Shown piece after piece: positions 38,983-47,685 of a stretch of DNA of 64,000 bases. A program made the position numbers and the translations under genes. Every line of letters begins with the position of its first letter. Position 1 is the stretch's first letter. This stretch comes from a virus. Under the pieces are notes generated by a model. The model had not been told where the DNA came from and made no database searches. It saw only the letters and a program-made list of their open reading frames with translations. The DNA lies in IMG/VR virus record IMGVR_UViG_3300044643_000612, positions 1 to 64,000 of that record; one strand, given 5' to 3'.

Positions 38983-40321
38983 CCTCAAGCAGCACGTCCT
39001 GCACGCTGCGCTTGTTGACGAGTCGGTCCAGCACCATCGCGTCCACCGTCCCCTTGGCGAGGATGTAGTGGATAAAGACAGGCCGGTCGTAGCCGGACTG
39101 CTTCTGGCGCTGCGGGCCGATCCGCTCGATGATCTGGTCGTGTTCCTCAAGGTTCCAGTTCAGGCCGAAGAACGCGAGGATGTTGCCGCCGTCCTGTAGG
39201 TTCAGGCCGTGGCCCGCCGACGCCGGATGCGCGACCAGCACCGGGATGCGCCCAGCGTTCCAGTCCACAATCGTCTTGGGGTTGTCGTCCAGCGGCTTGG
39301 CCCCTGGAACCGCAGCGAGGATCCGCGCCAGATCGCTCTTGAAGTTGTAGGCGACCAGCACGGGCATCCCGTTGGCCTCCTCCACCACGCTCTTGAGCGC
39401 GTCGATCTTCTCGTCATGCACGACGGCCCACGAGCCGTCCTCCTTGTAGACCGCGCCATTCGACAACTGGAGGCACTTGCTGGTGCGCACCGCAGCGTTC
39501 ACGGCCTCCACGCCCTCGCCCTCGATGAGCGCCCACATGTCGCGCTCCATCTCCTCGTAGGTCTTGCGCGCGTCCTTCGGCAACTCGACCTCGATCACGT
39601 TGCGGATCGGCTCGTCGACGTCCAAGCCCTTGACCGTCAGGCACACGTCCTTGAGCCGGTCCTCGATCTCAGCCTGCGCGAACTCGCGTGGCTGGAGGCT
39701 GTAGCCGTCCCAGCCCTTGGTGAACCAGCGCGCCTCGAACGCCGAGAACGTGCGGCCCAGCCGCTCGCCGCGGTCAACGAACCAGACCTGGCCCCACAGG
39801 TCCTTGAGCCCATTCGGTGCCGGCGTGCCCGTCAGGCCGATAAACCGGCGCGACTTGGTGTGCGCCACCTTCGCCAGCGCCCGCGCCCGGGAGCCGCCCT
39901 GCCGGGTGCGGTAGGACTTCAGGCGGGTCAACTCGTCGGCGATCACCGTCTTGAACGGCCAGCCCTCGCCGTAGTGGGCGACGAGCCAGGGCACGTTGTC
40001 GTAGTTGGTGGCGTAGACGTCAGCAGGAAGGCGCAGGGCGGCCTCTCGCTGCTTGGCGGTGCCCAACACTGGCACGACCCGTAGCGCCTGTGTGTGAGCC
40101 CATTTGGCGGCTTCCTGTGGCCATGTGCTGCTCACGACGCGCTTCGGTGCCAGCACCAGCGCGGGGAACACCTCCTCGACCGTGTCCAGCGCGCTCAGGG
40201 CCGTCAGCACCGTGACCGTCTTGCCCCCGCCCATCGGCATCCACAGGACGCTGCGGCGCAGGTTGTAGAGGTGGTCGAGGGCCTCGCGCTGGTAGTCGTG
40301 CGGCGTGAAGGTGCGGGTCAC
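38960..40321 (-). CDS. SNF2-family DEAD/H helicase
   Basis: PHDYQ, MGGGKT, IADE, LTGTP, SAGHGLNLQ, QIIERI; GTG start overlaps the upstream stop. Confidence 0.92.
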   Translation of the reverse strand: MTRTFTPHDYQREALDHLYNLRRSVLWMPMGGGKTVTVLTALSALDTVEEVFPALVLAPKRVVSSTWPQEAAKWAHTQALRVVPVLGTAKQREAALRLPADVYATNYDNVPWLVAHYGEGWPFKTVIADELTRLKSYRTRQGGSRARALAKVAHTKSRRFIGLTGTPAPNGLKDLWGQVWFVDRGERLGRTFSAFEARWFTKGWDGYSLQPREFAQAEIEDRLKDVCLTVKGLDVDEPIRNVIEVELPKDARKTYEEMERDMWALIEGEGVEAVNAAVRTSKCLQLSNGAVYKEDGSWAVVHDEKIDALKSVVEEANGMPVLVAYNFKSDLARILAAVPGAKPLDDNPKTIVDWNAGRIPVLVAHPASAGHGLNLQDGGNILAFFGLNWNLEEHDQIIERIGPQRQKQSGYDRPVFIHYILAKGTVDAMVLDRLVNKRSVQDVLLEAMRRRAG

Positions 40322-40602
40322 ACGAGGTCGCCGCCGAACAGCTTGTCGGCGTCGACACGGAAGCCGAAGCCCCGGCGGTTGATGACGGAGCCCTCCGGCA
40401 CTTTCTGCCGGATGCGGTGGATCACGACCGACAGGTGGGTGTGCGACTTGCGCCAAGCGTCCATCGACGACGAGGTGTCAAGGCCGATGGCCGTGGCCAG
40501 ATGCACGTTGCTGGCGTAACCCTCGTGCTCAAGCAGGTAAGCCAGCACCAGCGCCTCCTGTGGGCCGAGGTTGAACATGTCGGCCAGTTGCGAGATGGTC
40601 AT
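40318..40602 (-). CDS. stand-alone OmpR-type winged-helix DNA-binding protein
   Basis: LSVVIHRIRQKV...VINRRGFGFRV resembles the Trans_reg_C domain. Confidence 0.6.
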   Translation of the reverse strand: MTISQLADMFNLGPQEALVLAYLLEHEGYASNVHLATAIGLDTSSSMDAWRKSHTHLSVVIHRIRQKVPEGSVINRRGFGFRVDADKLFGGDLV

Positions 40603-41039
40603 GCGATGTGCCTTCCGTCGGTCTTGAGGCGAGGGGGTTTGGACATGACGAAGGGGGTCTGCTTCGAGTAGACCACCTTCTGGTGCGCCGGGCAGTAGGA
40701 GCGGTGCCCCTCGGTGTCGGCGCAGCAGGAATAGATCCCGTCGTCCTTGACGATGGGGAAGGCGCACTCACCGAACTTGCGCTCGGTCCACAGGCTCATC
40801 GGCGAGCCCCGCACCGGCGCGACGCTGACGGGCGGCTGCACCTTGGGCGGGCGCGGGGTAGCGGGTCTCGCCGGCTTGGCACCAGGTGCCCCCGGCGCCT
40901 GACGTCGGAGGCCCATGCGGCGCAGCTTGCCGAGGACGGAGTTGCGCGTGGTGCCGAGGACCTTGCTGATCTCCGCGGCGCTCTTGCCCTCGGCCCACAG
41001 GCTTTCGAGGGTGTCGGTGTTTTTATCGGTCCAAATCAT
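40599..41039 (-). CDS. gcrA: GcrA cell-cycle regulator homologue
   Basis: WTD...LWAEGKSAAEISKVLGTTRNSVLGKLRRMGL plus C-terminal CAFP...CC...SYCPAH. Confidence 0.88.
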   Translation of the reverse strand: MIWTDKNTDTLESLWAEGKSAAEISKVLGTTRNSVLGKLRRMGLRRQAPGAPGAKPARPATPRPPKVQPPVSVAPVRGSPMSLWTERKFGECAFPIVKDDGIYSCCADTEGHRSYCPAHQKVVYSKQTPFVMSKPPRLKTDGRHIA

Positions 41040-41349
41040 GCCCGACTGTATCCCTGCTTGTTAGCTGTCCGTCAAGCGCCAATTCGATGAAGGCGTCCAC
41101 CTCCTCGCGGGAGGCGACCACCCATACCCGGAAGCCGTCGGCGCGTAGCCGGTCGCCCTCGACGACCTGGAGCGGGTGCAGTCGGCCACCCGCCCGCTTG
41201 ACCTCCACGAAGTGCAGGTTCGGCCCCGGCCACCAGACCATGCGGTCAGGGGCGCCGCGCCTGCCGATCCATTGCAGTTTGCGTTGCCGCCCACCCGTCG
41301 CCTTGACGCGAGCGATCAGGTAGGCCTCCACCTTGCCTTCGGGGGTCAC
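41023..41349 (-). CDS. VRR-NUC nuclease
   Basis: EGKVEAYL...GAPDR...FVEVKRAGGRLHPLQ. Confidence 0.88.
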   Translation of the reverse strand: MTPEGKVEAYLIARVKATGGRQRKLQWIGRRGAPDRMVWWPGPNLHFVEVKRAGGRLHPLQVVEGDRLRADGFRVWVVASREEVDAFIELALDGQLTSRDTVGHDLDR

Positions 41350-42408
41350 TCAGTCCTCCTTCTTATAGCGATATGTCTCGAACCCCGCTGCGGCAAGGGG
41401 CAGGCCGACCGACCACTGGGTGCCCTGCGACATGAGCGCGGCCAGGCCCTGCGCGCTGAACGACACGTCGTCCGCCGTCTCGCAGAGGATCTCGTCGTGG
41501 ACGTGCAGGACCGGGCTGTAGCCCGCCGCCTCCGCCGCGAGCAGGCCGGCGGCGAGGACGTCGCGAGCGACGGCCTGTGTCAGGTTCTCCACAAGTTTTC
41601 CACCGTATGTGTCCAGCCGCTCCCAGCGTCGGGTGTATTGGTTGGTGCCCATGTAGGACAGGCGCCCGTCCTCGTCGACTTGCGGTGACGGGTAGCAGAG
41701 GTAGCGGCCTGATGGCAGGCGGGCGCGCAGCCAGCCGCCGGAGCGCCGGAAGGCAATGCTGCTGGCCCGGTAGACCTCGCCCGGGTTGCTGATGGCGTTG
41801 CGGGCGGCGCGCTCGCAGTCATACCAGAACTTGACCGTCGCCTTGTGCTTCGCGCGCCAAGCCTTGACGATCTCAAGCACTTTGGGTTCGGGCAGGTTGA
41901 CGCCGTAGATCGCGCCCATAGCAGCGAACGCGCCTATACTGCCCTGAAAACCGCAAGCAAGCTCAGAAACTTTCCCGTTTACTTGCCGCTCGTCCTTGGT
42001 TACTTCACTCGGGTCCTTACCGAGGATGCCACCTGCTGTAATCTTGTAGATGTCGTGGCCTATACCTGCGTCGAAGTCTTTGAACGCCTCCAGCTTCCAC
42101 TGCTCGCCGGCAAGCCACGCTAGGACCCGCCCCTCGATGTTGGACAGGTCGGCCACGACCAGCTTGCACCCTGGCGCCGCGACGATAGACCCGCGCACCG
42201 CACTGGCGCACAACTCCATGACGTCGTCGTAGAACACCGTCTCGACGCCCGCCTTCATGGCCTCGATGCCGAGGTCGATCTGCGGCTGCTTCAGGGTCGG
42301 TCGCGGCAGATTTTGGGGCTGGAAAATGCGCCCTGAGTTGGAGACGATGCGCCCGTTCGCCATGAAACGGTTGCGCGGGCCGGCGTTCACGATGTCATAC
42401 GTCCGCAC
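41350..42408 (-). CDS. polA: DNA polymerase A, C-terminal half, preceded by a 24-aa C-intein
   Basis: GGAGG 7 nt before GTG; MRTYDIVNAGPRNRFMANGRIVSN|SGRIFQPQNLPR; motifs ADLSNIEGR, KVSELACGFQG, VHDE. Confidence 0.9.
   Translation of the reverse strand: MRTYDIVNAGPRNRFMANGRIVSNSGRIFQPQNLPRPTLKQPQIDLGIEAMKAGVETVFYDDVMELCASAVRGSIVAAPGCKLVVADLSNIEGRVLAWLAGEQWKLEAFKDFDAGIGHDIYKITAGGILGKDPSEVTKDERQVNGKVSELACGFQGSIGAFAAMGAIYGVNLPEPKVLEIVKAWRAKHKATVKFWYDCERAARNAISNPGEVYRASSIAFRRSGGWLRARLPSGRYLCYPSPQVDEDGRLSYMGTNQYTRRWERLDTYGGKLVENLTQAVARDVLAAGLLAAEAAGYSPVLHVHDEILCETADDVSFSAQGLAALMSQGTQWSVGLPLAAAGFETYRYKKED
42337..42408 (-). mobile_element. split intein C-fragment (IntC, 24 aa)
   Basis: block F YDI...NRF; block G ending SN; +1 residue Ser. 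Confidence 0.85.
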
Positions 42409-43312
42409 TGGCGAGCCTCCGCTTGGCCGCCGCAGCCGCACGGCGCTGCGCCCCAACTTCGGCGCGACGCTCCGGCGTCCAGTAGGCGATGAGCGCCTCC
42501 TTCTGGCGCCGCTTCCGCTTATCGTGGTCAATGCGCTCCCGCGCCGCGGCAAGTTGTGACTGTCGTTCGGCACGCTGCTCGTCGGGCAGTTGAGCGTTGA
42601 AAGCCACCAGGCTCTCCGAGATTTTGACGCTCACGCCCGCGACCTGTTCAGGGGTGCGTGCGTCCCACACCTTCTTTGCCCGCGCGCGGGCCGCACGCCT
42701 GGCTTTCAACTTTTCAGACGGCGTGCGCTCCGCAAAGTGTTTCAAAAGCCGTTCACTCTGCGCCTTGCGGTCCTCGTCGGTCCACGCCTTGGGGTTTACG
42801 TTTTTGCGTTCGGCTTTCAAAGCCAGCCGCAGGTTCCGACGCGCTATGCGGTACGCCTCGCGCGGGTTGGCCAACCGCCAGTCTCGGGCTAGCGCCGAGA
42901 GTTCGGCGGCGTGTGCCTGATGCGCTTCACTCTCGCGGCAGCCCCGGGAAAGCGCCGCGCGGTAGGCGGCTTCCCACGCCGGGTCGCGGCGAAGTTCTGC
43001 GGTGGCCGAAACCCCTGCGGGGCCGTCAAACGCCCCTCCAGGTGACAGGTTGTACGGGCTGACCAGCGCCGCGATCTCTTCGATCTCGGCGACAAAAGCC
43101 TCCTCAAGCGTGTCGCATGTCCGCAAGACCTCGATGGTGAACGCCTGCGCGCCGTACTTGCGGATAGCCGCACAGAATGGGTGGTGCGCGCCCTTGGCCG
43201 CGCGCCGCACATGCTGCCCCCAGCGAACCTGTAGCGGTTGAGACGTGAGACCGGCGTAGCTGCGCCCGCTAGGACTGGTCAGCCGGTAAATCGTGTAGCG
43301 TTCCCTCTCCAT
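42395..43312 (-). CDS. free-standing GIY-YIG homing endonuclease
   Basis: TIYRLTSPSGRSYAGLT...RWGQH...AIRKYG...E...YNLSPGG; basic helical C-terminus; own RBS; overlaps both intein halves. Confidence 0.88.
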   Translation of the reverse strand: MERERYTIYRLTSPSGRSYAGLTSQPLQVRWGQHVRRAAKGAHHPFCAAIRKYGAQAFTIEVLRTCDTLEEAFVAEIEEIAALVSPYNLSPGGAFDGPAGVSATAELRRDPAWEAAYRAALSRGCRESEAHQAHAAELSALARDWRLANPREAYRIARRNLRLALKAERKNVNPKAWTDEDRKAQSERLLKHFAERTPSEKLKARRAARARAKKVWDARTPEQVAGVSVKISESLVAFNAQLPDEQRAERQSQLAAARERIDHDKRKRRQKEALIAYWTPERRAEVGAQRRAAAAAKRRLASADV

Positions 43313-43566
43313 AGGGGTAGCCCTCTCTGCTTTGCCTCTCCGAGGGTAACATGTTCTGAAGTTGAAACATACACTTTATGTTCAACCGTCGCACAAACCC
43401 CGTCGTGCGTAATCACAGGCTTGTCGCCGGAAAACACCACGCCTTCGTGTCGAACCCACGACTCGCCGTCCCACACCAAGTCGTCGGTCGTGACGTCCTC
43501 TATGGGCCGCTCCAAGATGCGTCCAGTGTCGTCCTTGACCCGGACAAGTGTGCCTTCCGCCAAGCA
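43279..43566 (-). mobile_element. split intein N-fragment (IntN, 95 aa)
   Basis: block A CLAEGTLV; DLVWDG; block B TVEH; followed by TGA. Confidence 0.88.
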
Positions 43567-44511
43567 GAAACGCCCCGTGCGAGACGCCCCGGCGTACTGC
43601 ATGGTGCCCCGCAGCCGCCCGTCGGACGAGGTGCCGCGCACCAGCACCCGGTACTTGGCCGGGCTGGTCGCGGCTGCTTGCAGGCGCACCTCCAGCAACT
43701 CGCGCACATCGTCCGGCACGTCGGTCTTGAGCAGGGCGCCCAGCGTGCCCTTGCGCAGGTCTTCAATCTCAAGGCCCATCGCCTCGCGCAGGTAGCCGAT
43801 CAGGGCGTCCCGCTGCGTGGCGCTGGGCACGGCGCCGTCCGTCATGCGCGCCGACTCCACTGCTAGTCGCTGGCCCGCCTCCTTGGCGGCGCGCAGGGCG
43901 GCGTGGGCCAGGTCCATGTCGATCTGGATGCCGCGGTCGTTGATGGCTTGGTCCAGCCGCCACACGGCCTTCTCGGCGTCGGTCCAGTTGACCTTGGGCT
44001 GGCGAGCGTAGACCTCGCGCATGGCGACGATGTCCATGCGGGCATATTCCTTGAACGCCTCCCACTCCGCCGGATGCGTCTCTTTCGTGGCCCGGCGGAT
44101 CTTGCGCGTCTTGGCCTGCGGCTTGCAGAACAGTTGGATCAGCTTCTTGCCCGCCTTGTCCTTGGCCTTGTCCAGCGGGACGCCGAGGACCTCGCACTGT
44201 TTATCAAGGGCGCCCGGCAGGCTGTGCAGCAGGCCCACGGCGAGGGTGTCGTAGATGCGCTCAACGGGCACACGCACCTGACTGAACGACAGGACCGTGC
44301 GGTCGAAGTGGCTGTTGTGAATGATGATCCGGTCGGCAGCGTCGATGAGCGACTGCATCATGCCGGGGGCCGGGAACTCGACGACCTGGACCTCGTCGTC
44401 GTCCCATGCGTAGGCCAGCAGCAGGATCTCCGCGCTCTCCGCATAGGCCCATGTGCCATGCGTGATCGGCGTCTCGCTGTAGGTTTCGAGGTCGAGCATG
44501 AGTGTGCGCAT
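43279..44511 (-). CDS. polA: DNA polymerase A, N-terminal half (3'-5' exonuclease) fused to the N-intein
   Basis: LDLETYS, HNSHFDR, YARMD exonuclease motifs; DQAINDRGI; YAGASRTGRF|CLAEG. Confidence 0.9.
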   Translation of the reverse strand: MRTLMLDLETYSETPITHGTWAYAESAEILLLAYAWDDDEVQVVEFPAPGMMQSLIDAADRIIIHNSHFDRTVLSFSQVRVPVERIYDTLAVGLLHSLPGALDKQCEVLGVPLDKAKDKAGKKLIQLFCKPQAKTRKIRRATKETHPAEWEAFKEYARMDIVAMREVYARQPKVNWTDAEKAVWRLDQAINDRGIQIDMDLAHAALRAAKEAGQRLAVESARMTDGAVPSATQRDALIGYLREAMGLEIEDLRKGTLGALLKTDVPDDVRELLEVRLQAAATSPAKYRVLVRGTSSDGRLRGTMQYAGASRTGRFCLAEGTLVRVKDDTGRILERPIEDVTTDDLVWDGESWVRHEGVVFSGDKPVITHDGVCATVEHKVYVSTSEHVTLGEAKQRGLPLWRGNATRFTG

Positions 44512-44521
44512 GGCAAGGGGT

Positions 44522-44559
44522 GAGGGGCAGGACGGCAGGAGAAGGACCGCCCTGCCCCT
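44522..44559. promoter_or_regulatory. strong hairpin between gapR and polA-N
   Basis: GAGGGGCAGG...CCTGCCCCTC inverted repeat. Confidence 0.5.
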
Positions 44560-44568
44560 CTGGCTTCG

Positions 44569-44829
44569 CTAGATCAGATCAGCGCAGCCAAGCGCGTTGG
44601 CGTAGAGTTCGAGCATGGCCCGCTCCTCCATCGCCTTGTCGCGGTCCTTCTTGCGAAGGGCCACGATCTTGCGGAGGGTCTTGGTGTCGAAGCCGTTGCC
44701 TTTGGCCTCGGCGTAGACCTCCTTGATGCCCGCGGCGACCTCGCTCTTTTCCTCTTCAAGACGCTCAACGCGCTCGATGATGGATTGGAGTTGGCTCGCC
44801 GCGACGGAGTTGTGACCCAGGTCCGACAT
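44569..44829 (-). CDS. gapR: GapR (DUF2312) nucleoid-associated protein homologue
   Basis: [16 protein letters not shown]...[26 protein letters not shown]...LELY. Confidence 0.92.
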   Translation of the reverse strand: MSDLGHNSVAASQLQSIIERVERLEEEKSEVAAGIKEVYAEAKGNGFDTKTLRKIVALRKKDRDKAMEERAMLELYANALGCADLI

Positions 44830-45383
44830 CAGACGAAGTCCTCCTCGTCGTCCGCGTCGAACTCGTCAGCCGAAGCTGCCGTCGACCCGCCGAAGCCCTC
44901 GCCGTCAGCGTAGAACTTCACGCCGCGAAGCACGGCGTTGATGCGCCGGCCCCACTTCGGGCTGTCGTAGGCGTAGATCTCGACGCTGGCGTGGACGTAG
45001 CAGCCAGCGTAGATGACCCCGTCGGCTTCCGTGACCGGCTGGCCCTGACGGTCCAGAGCGGTCGGGCGCAGCTTCTCGGAGCGGGTGGACAGGAAGAAGT
45101 TGCCCTCGAAGCCGTCCCACGTGTCGCCGTCCTTGGTCGTGTACGGCCCTTCGACCCATGCCGACCGCTGGTCAGCCTTGAGTTTCTTGACGATGTCGTC
45201 CGCCTTCGGACCCCACTTCTCCTTGGCCGACGCTGAGATGGCCTCGCGGATCGCCGCCACGTTGGGGGAGGCGGGGTCGATGATCAGCTTGGCGCCGTAG
45301 GCGGGGTTGTTGTCGCCGAAGGCTTGGGCCTTGAAGACCGCCGGGAAGGCCAGGCGGACGTTACGCAGTTGCAGAATGGTCAT
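44829..45383 (-). CDS. ssDNA-binding protein (DUF2815-like)
   Basis: NVRLAFP...IYAGCYV...LRGVKF..DGEGFGG with an acidic tail. Confidence 0.85.
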   Translation of the reverse strand: MTILQLRNVRLAFPAVFKAQAFGDNNPAYGAKLIIDPASPNVAAIREAISASAKEKWGPKADDIVKKLKADQRSAWVEGPYTTKDGDTWDGFEGNFFLSTRSEKLRPTALDRQGQPVTEADGVIYAGCYVHASVEIYAYDSPKWGRRINAVLRGVKFYADGEGFGGSTAASADEFDADDEEDFV

Positions 45384-45408
45384 GTCGCATGTCTCTCGTT
45401 TCAGGTTT

Positions 45409-46602
45409 CTAGTCGAAGTCCGCCGCCGTGGCCCCGAGGGACAACGCCGGCTTCTTATCCGTGGCCGGGGCCACCGATGGCTTGCCCGGGGACCGCGTGA
45501 CCAGAGCGTTGATGCGCTGGAGGCGGGCTGGGCTGTGCTTGAGCAACTTCTCCGCAACCGTCGGAGAAATCAAGTCGTATTCGTACATCTCGCTGTTCTT
45601 GAAGCGCCAGGACTTCAGCAGCTTGGCGACGTCGTCCGGGTTGGACCACTTGCGGTTGCCCATCCGGCCCTCGACCAGCTTGTAGCCGGGCACGTCAGCG
45701 CCCGCGAACAGGCGCCGCTCAATCTCGCCGCGCACGGCCTTGCACCAGTCCTCGATCAGCCCGACCTTCATCATCGCGCCGGCGAGCCACTCGGGATCCA
45801 CGTTGGCCAGCGTGCCAACGAACGCCTCATCCACGTCGTCGAAGTCCTCCGCCGTCGCGCCGGTGATGGTGTCCAGCACCTCGTCCTTGAGCGCCGGGCA
45901 GACGAAGCGGGCATCGCAGAACCGGCACTGCTTCTCGCCGGGGTCGTAGGTCTGGTCGCCTGCCAGGATGCCCTGCACGACCTCCTTGGTGCTACTGGCG
46001 AAGGCCATCAGGTCGTCATGCGACAGGCTCCACCGGCTGACCGGGTTGCCGTTCTGCGCCCTCGGCTGGTGGATGATCAGGTCGAACTGCTCGAAGGGTC
46101 CGAGGAAGTCGAAACTGTGCATGGCGCCAAGGGCGTAGAGCATGAGTTGCTCGTTGGCCTCGGCGTTGACCAGCACACCCGACCCGTACTTGTAGTCGAT
46201 CATGGTCAGTCTGCCTTCGGCCACGACGATGGCGTCCGCCGTGCCGAAGGCGTCGGGCGCCCCGATGTAAGGCGAGAAATCCACGCGCTGGTCGGCGAAG
46301 GCCCGGCCATCCTCGCCCATGGCCTCAAGAACCAGGTCGCGGAAGGCAAGGCCCCCTTCGATCATGGCGTCGGTGACGGGCCAGTCGGTGTCGTCAACCC
46401 GCACGGTGGTGCCGCGCAGGTTGGCGAACGCCTCGTTGCCGCCCCAGTCCTCCAGCACGATGCGGTTCGCCACGTCATGCGCGGCGGTGCCCTCGTCGGC
46501 GTAGACTGAGGTGCGCGGCGGGACCGTGTCGCACAGGGCGAGCGACCCGGGGCAGCGCAGCCAGCGGTGGGCAGCAGAGGGGGAGAAGCGAGCGTGTTGC
46601 AT
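45409..46602 (-). CDS. Cas4-like PD-(D/E)XK exonuclease (DUF2800)
   Basis: HARFSPSAAHRWLRCPGS, GTAD, IDYKYG, QLMLYALG, CRFC...CP. Confidence 0.9.
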   Translation of the reverse strand: MQHARFSPSAAHRWLRCPGSLALCDTVPPRTSVYADEGTAAHDVANRIVLEDWGGNEAFANLRGTTVRVDDTDWPVTDAMIEGGLAFRDLVLEAMGEDGRAFADQRVDFSPYIGAPDAFGTADAIVVAEGRLTMIDYKYGSGVLVNAEANEQLMLYALGAMHSFDFLGPFEQFDLIIHQPRAQNGNPVSRWSLSHDDLMAFASSTKEVVQGILAGDQTYDPGEKQCRFCDARFVCPALKDEVLDTITGATAEDFDDVDEAFVGTLANVDPEWLAGAMMKVGLIEDWCKAVRGEIERRLFAGADVPGYKLVEGRMGNRKWSNPDDVAKLLKSWRFKNSEMYEYDLISPTVAEKLLKHSPARLQRINALVTRSPGKPSVAPATDKKPALSLGATAADFD

Positions 46603-46793
46603 CAGCCGCACTCCTCCTGCGCCATCTCGTAGCCGTAGACCAGGTCGCTGAAGATGCGGCCCACCATGTCGGTGTCGTCCATGCTGCCTGAGCGGATCGG
46701 ACGGGCCATCAGGTTGGCGTGCGACTTGGACAGCCGCGACAGGGCGCGCTCCCTGGCCAAGACGCGCAGACGCTGCTCGATGTCGGGTGCCAT
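46602..46793 (-). CDS. hypothetical protein
   Basis: coupled ORF MAPDIEQRL... Confidence 0.55.
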   Translation of the reverse strand: MAPDIEQRLRVLARERALSRLSKSHANLMARPIRSGSMDDTDMVGRIFSDLVYGYEMAQEECG

Positions 46794-47260
46794 CACAGTG
46801 CGATCTCCGCAGCGGCCTGCACGGCGGCGACGATCTTCGGCCACATGTCCTCGGTCGTGCCGCGGGCGGTGGTCAGGCCGAGGGTGGCCAGCGCAGCCTT
46901 GGTGGCGTCCGGTCCCTTGCTCTTGGCCAGGGCCAGCACCGCACGGGACATGTCCTCGTAGGTGAGAGGCTCAGAGGCAGTCGTCGCAGAACCAGATGCG
47001 GGCTCGTCCGATCCAGGTTCCGAGGTAGACGCCTGTGTTGCCACAGGCGCATCGACGGAAGGGACGTGCTCCTCCACGATGGGCGTCGTCTCGTAGACCG
47101 GCTCGGGGGCCGCCTCCTCGACGCTCACCTGCACCGGCGCCGTGGCCTTGGTGCGGGTCGCGCGGGGCTTGGGGGCCTCGGCGGGTTCGCCGATGATCTG
47201 GCGGGCTTGGGACACGATCTCGGCCCAGTCAGCGCCTTCAAGCGTGATGATGATAGACAT
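46793..47260 (-). CDS. hypothetical protein with Pro/Ala linker and helical C-terminal domain
   Basis: GAGGAG RBS; usual position upstream of DUF2800. Confidence 0.7.
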   Translation of the reverse strand: MSIIITLEGADWAEIVSQARQIIGEPAEAPKPRATRTKATAPVQVSVEEAAPEPVYETTPIVEEHVPSVDAPVATQASTSEPGSDEPASGSATTASEPLTYEDMSRAVLALAKSKGPDATKAALATLGLTTARGTTEDMWPKIVAAVQAAAEIAL

Positions 47261-47263
47261 GGT

Positions 47264-47395
47264 TCAGTTCTCCTCTTGGTAAATCAGGGTCTCAAAGCGG
47301 TCGACCAACTCCTGCACGAGCGGGTGGTCAAACGCCTCGCGCACGCGCTCGATGAGCGCCTCGTCCTCAAGCCCTGCGGCCTGTGTCCTCGTCAT
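47264..47395 (-). CDS. small hypothetical protein (43 aa, MTRTQAAGLEDE...)
   Basis: GGAGG RBS; fills the gap exactly. Confidence 0.55.
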   Translation of the reverse strand: MTRTQAAGLEDEALIERVREAFDHPLVQELVDRFETLIYQEEN

Positions 47396-47396
47396 G

Positions 47397-47615
47397 TCAG
47401 TCCTCCCACGGCCTGTACAGGGCGCGGTTCATAGCCATGAAGCCCTGCTGGAAGTGCGTCTTTGCGATGGAAGCCCACCGCGTGTTGACCTTCGAGGAGT
47501 CCACCCGCTGGATGTCGCGGAGGAGGCGCATGAGCCTACCCTCGTTCAGGGCGAAAAGGCTCAGGGCCTCGGCGACGGTCAAGGTCTCGGGGTCGTAGTC
47601 CACAGGCTCGGTCAC
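47397..47615 (-). CDS. Acb2/Tad1-like helical hairpin protein (candidate nucleotide-signal sponge)
   Basis: RWASIAKTHFQQGFMAMNRALYRP resembles the Acb2 C-terminal helix; AAGGAG RBS. Confidence 0.55.
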   Translation of the reverse strand: MTEPVDYDPETLTVAEALSLFALNEGRLMRLLRDIQRVDSSKVNTRWASIAKTHFQQGFMAMNRALYRPWED

Positions 47616-47685
47616 AGGTTGTCTCCTTGTCGCGCCAGGCCACAGCGGCCCGACAACAATTATCTAATACCTAACAAGCGGGTTG

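Noticed and set aside
42409-43278. Group I intron or frameshifted cis intein explaining the polA interruption
   Set aside because: The GIY-YIG ORF fills the whole gap, leaving no room for a ribozyme core. There are multiple stops in the intein frame, and polA-C has its own SD and start.
45409-46602. CRISPR-associated Cas4
   Set aside because: It is the usual stand-alone phage DUF2800 exonuclease beside SSB and PolA.
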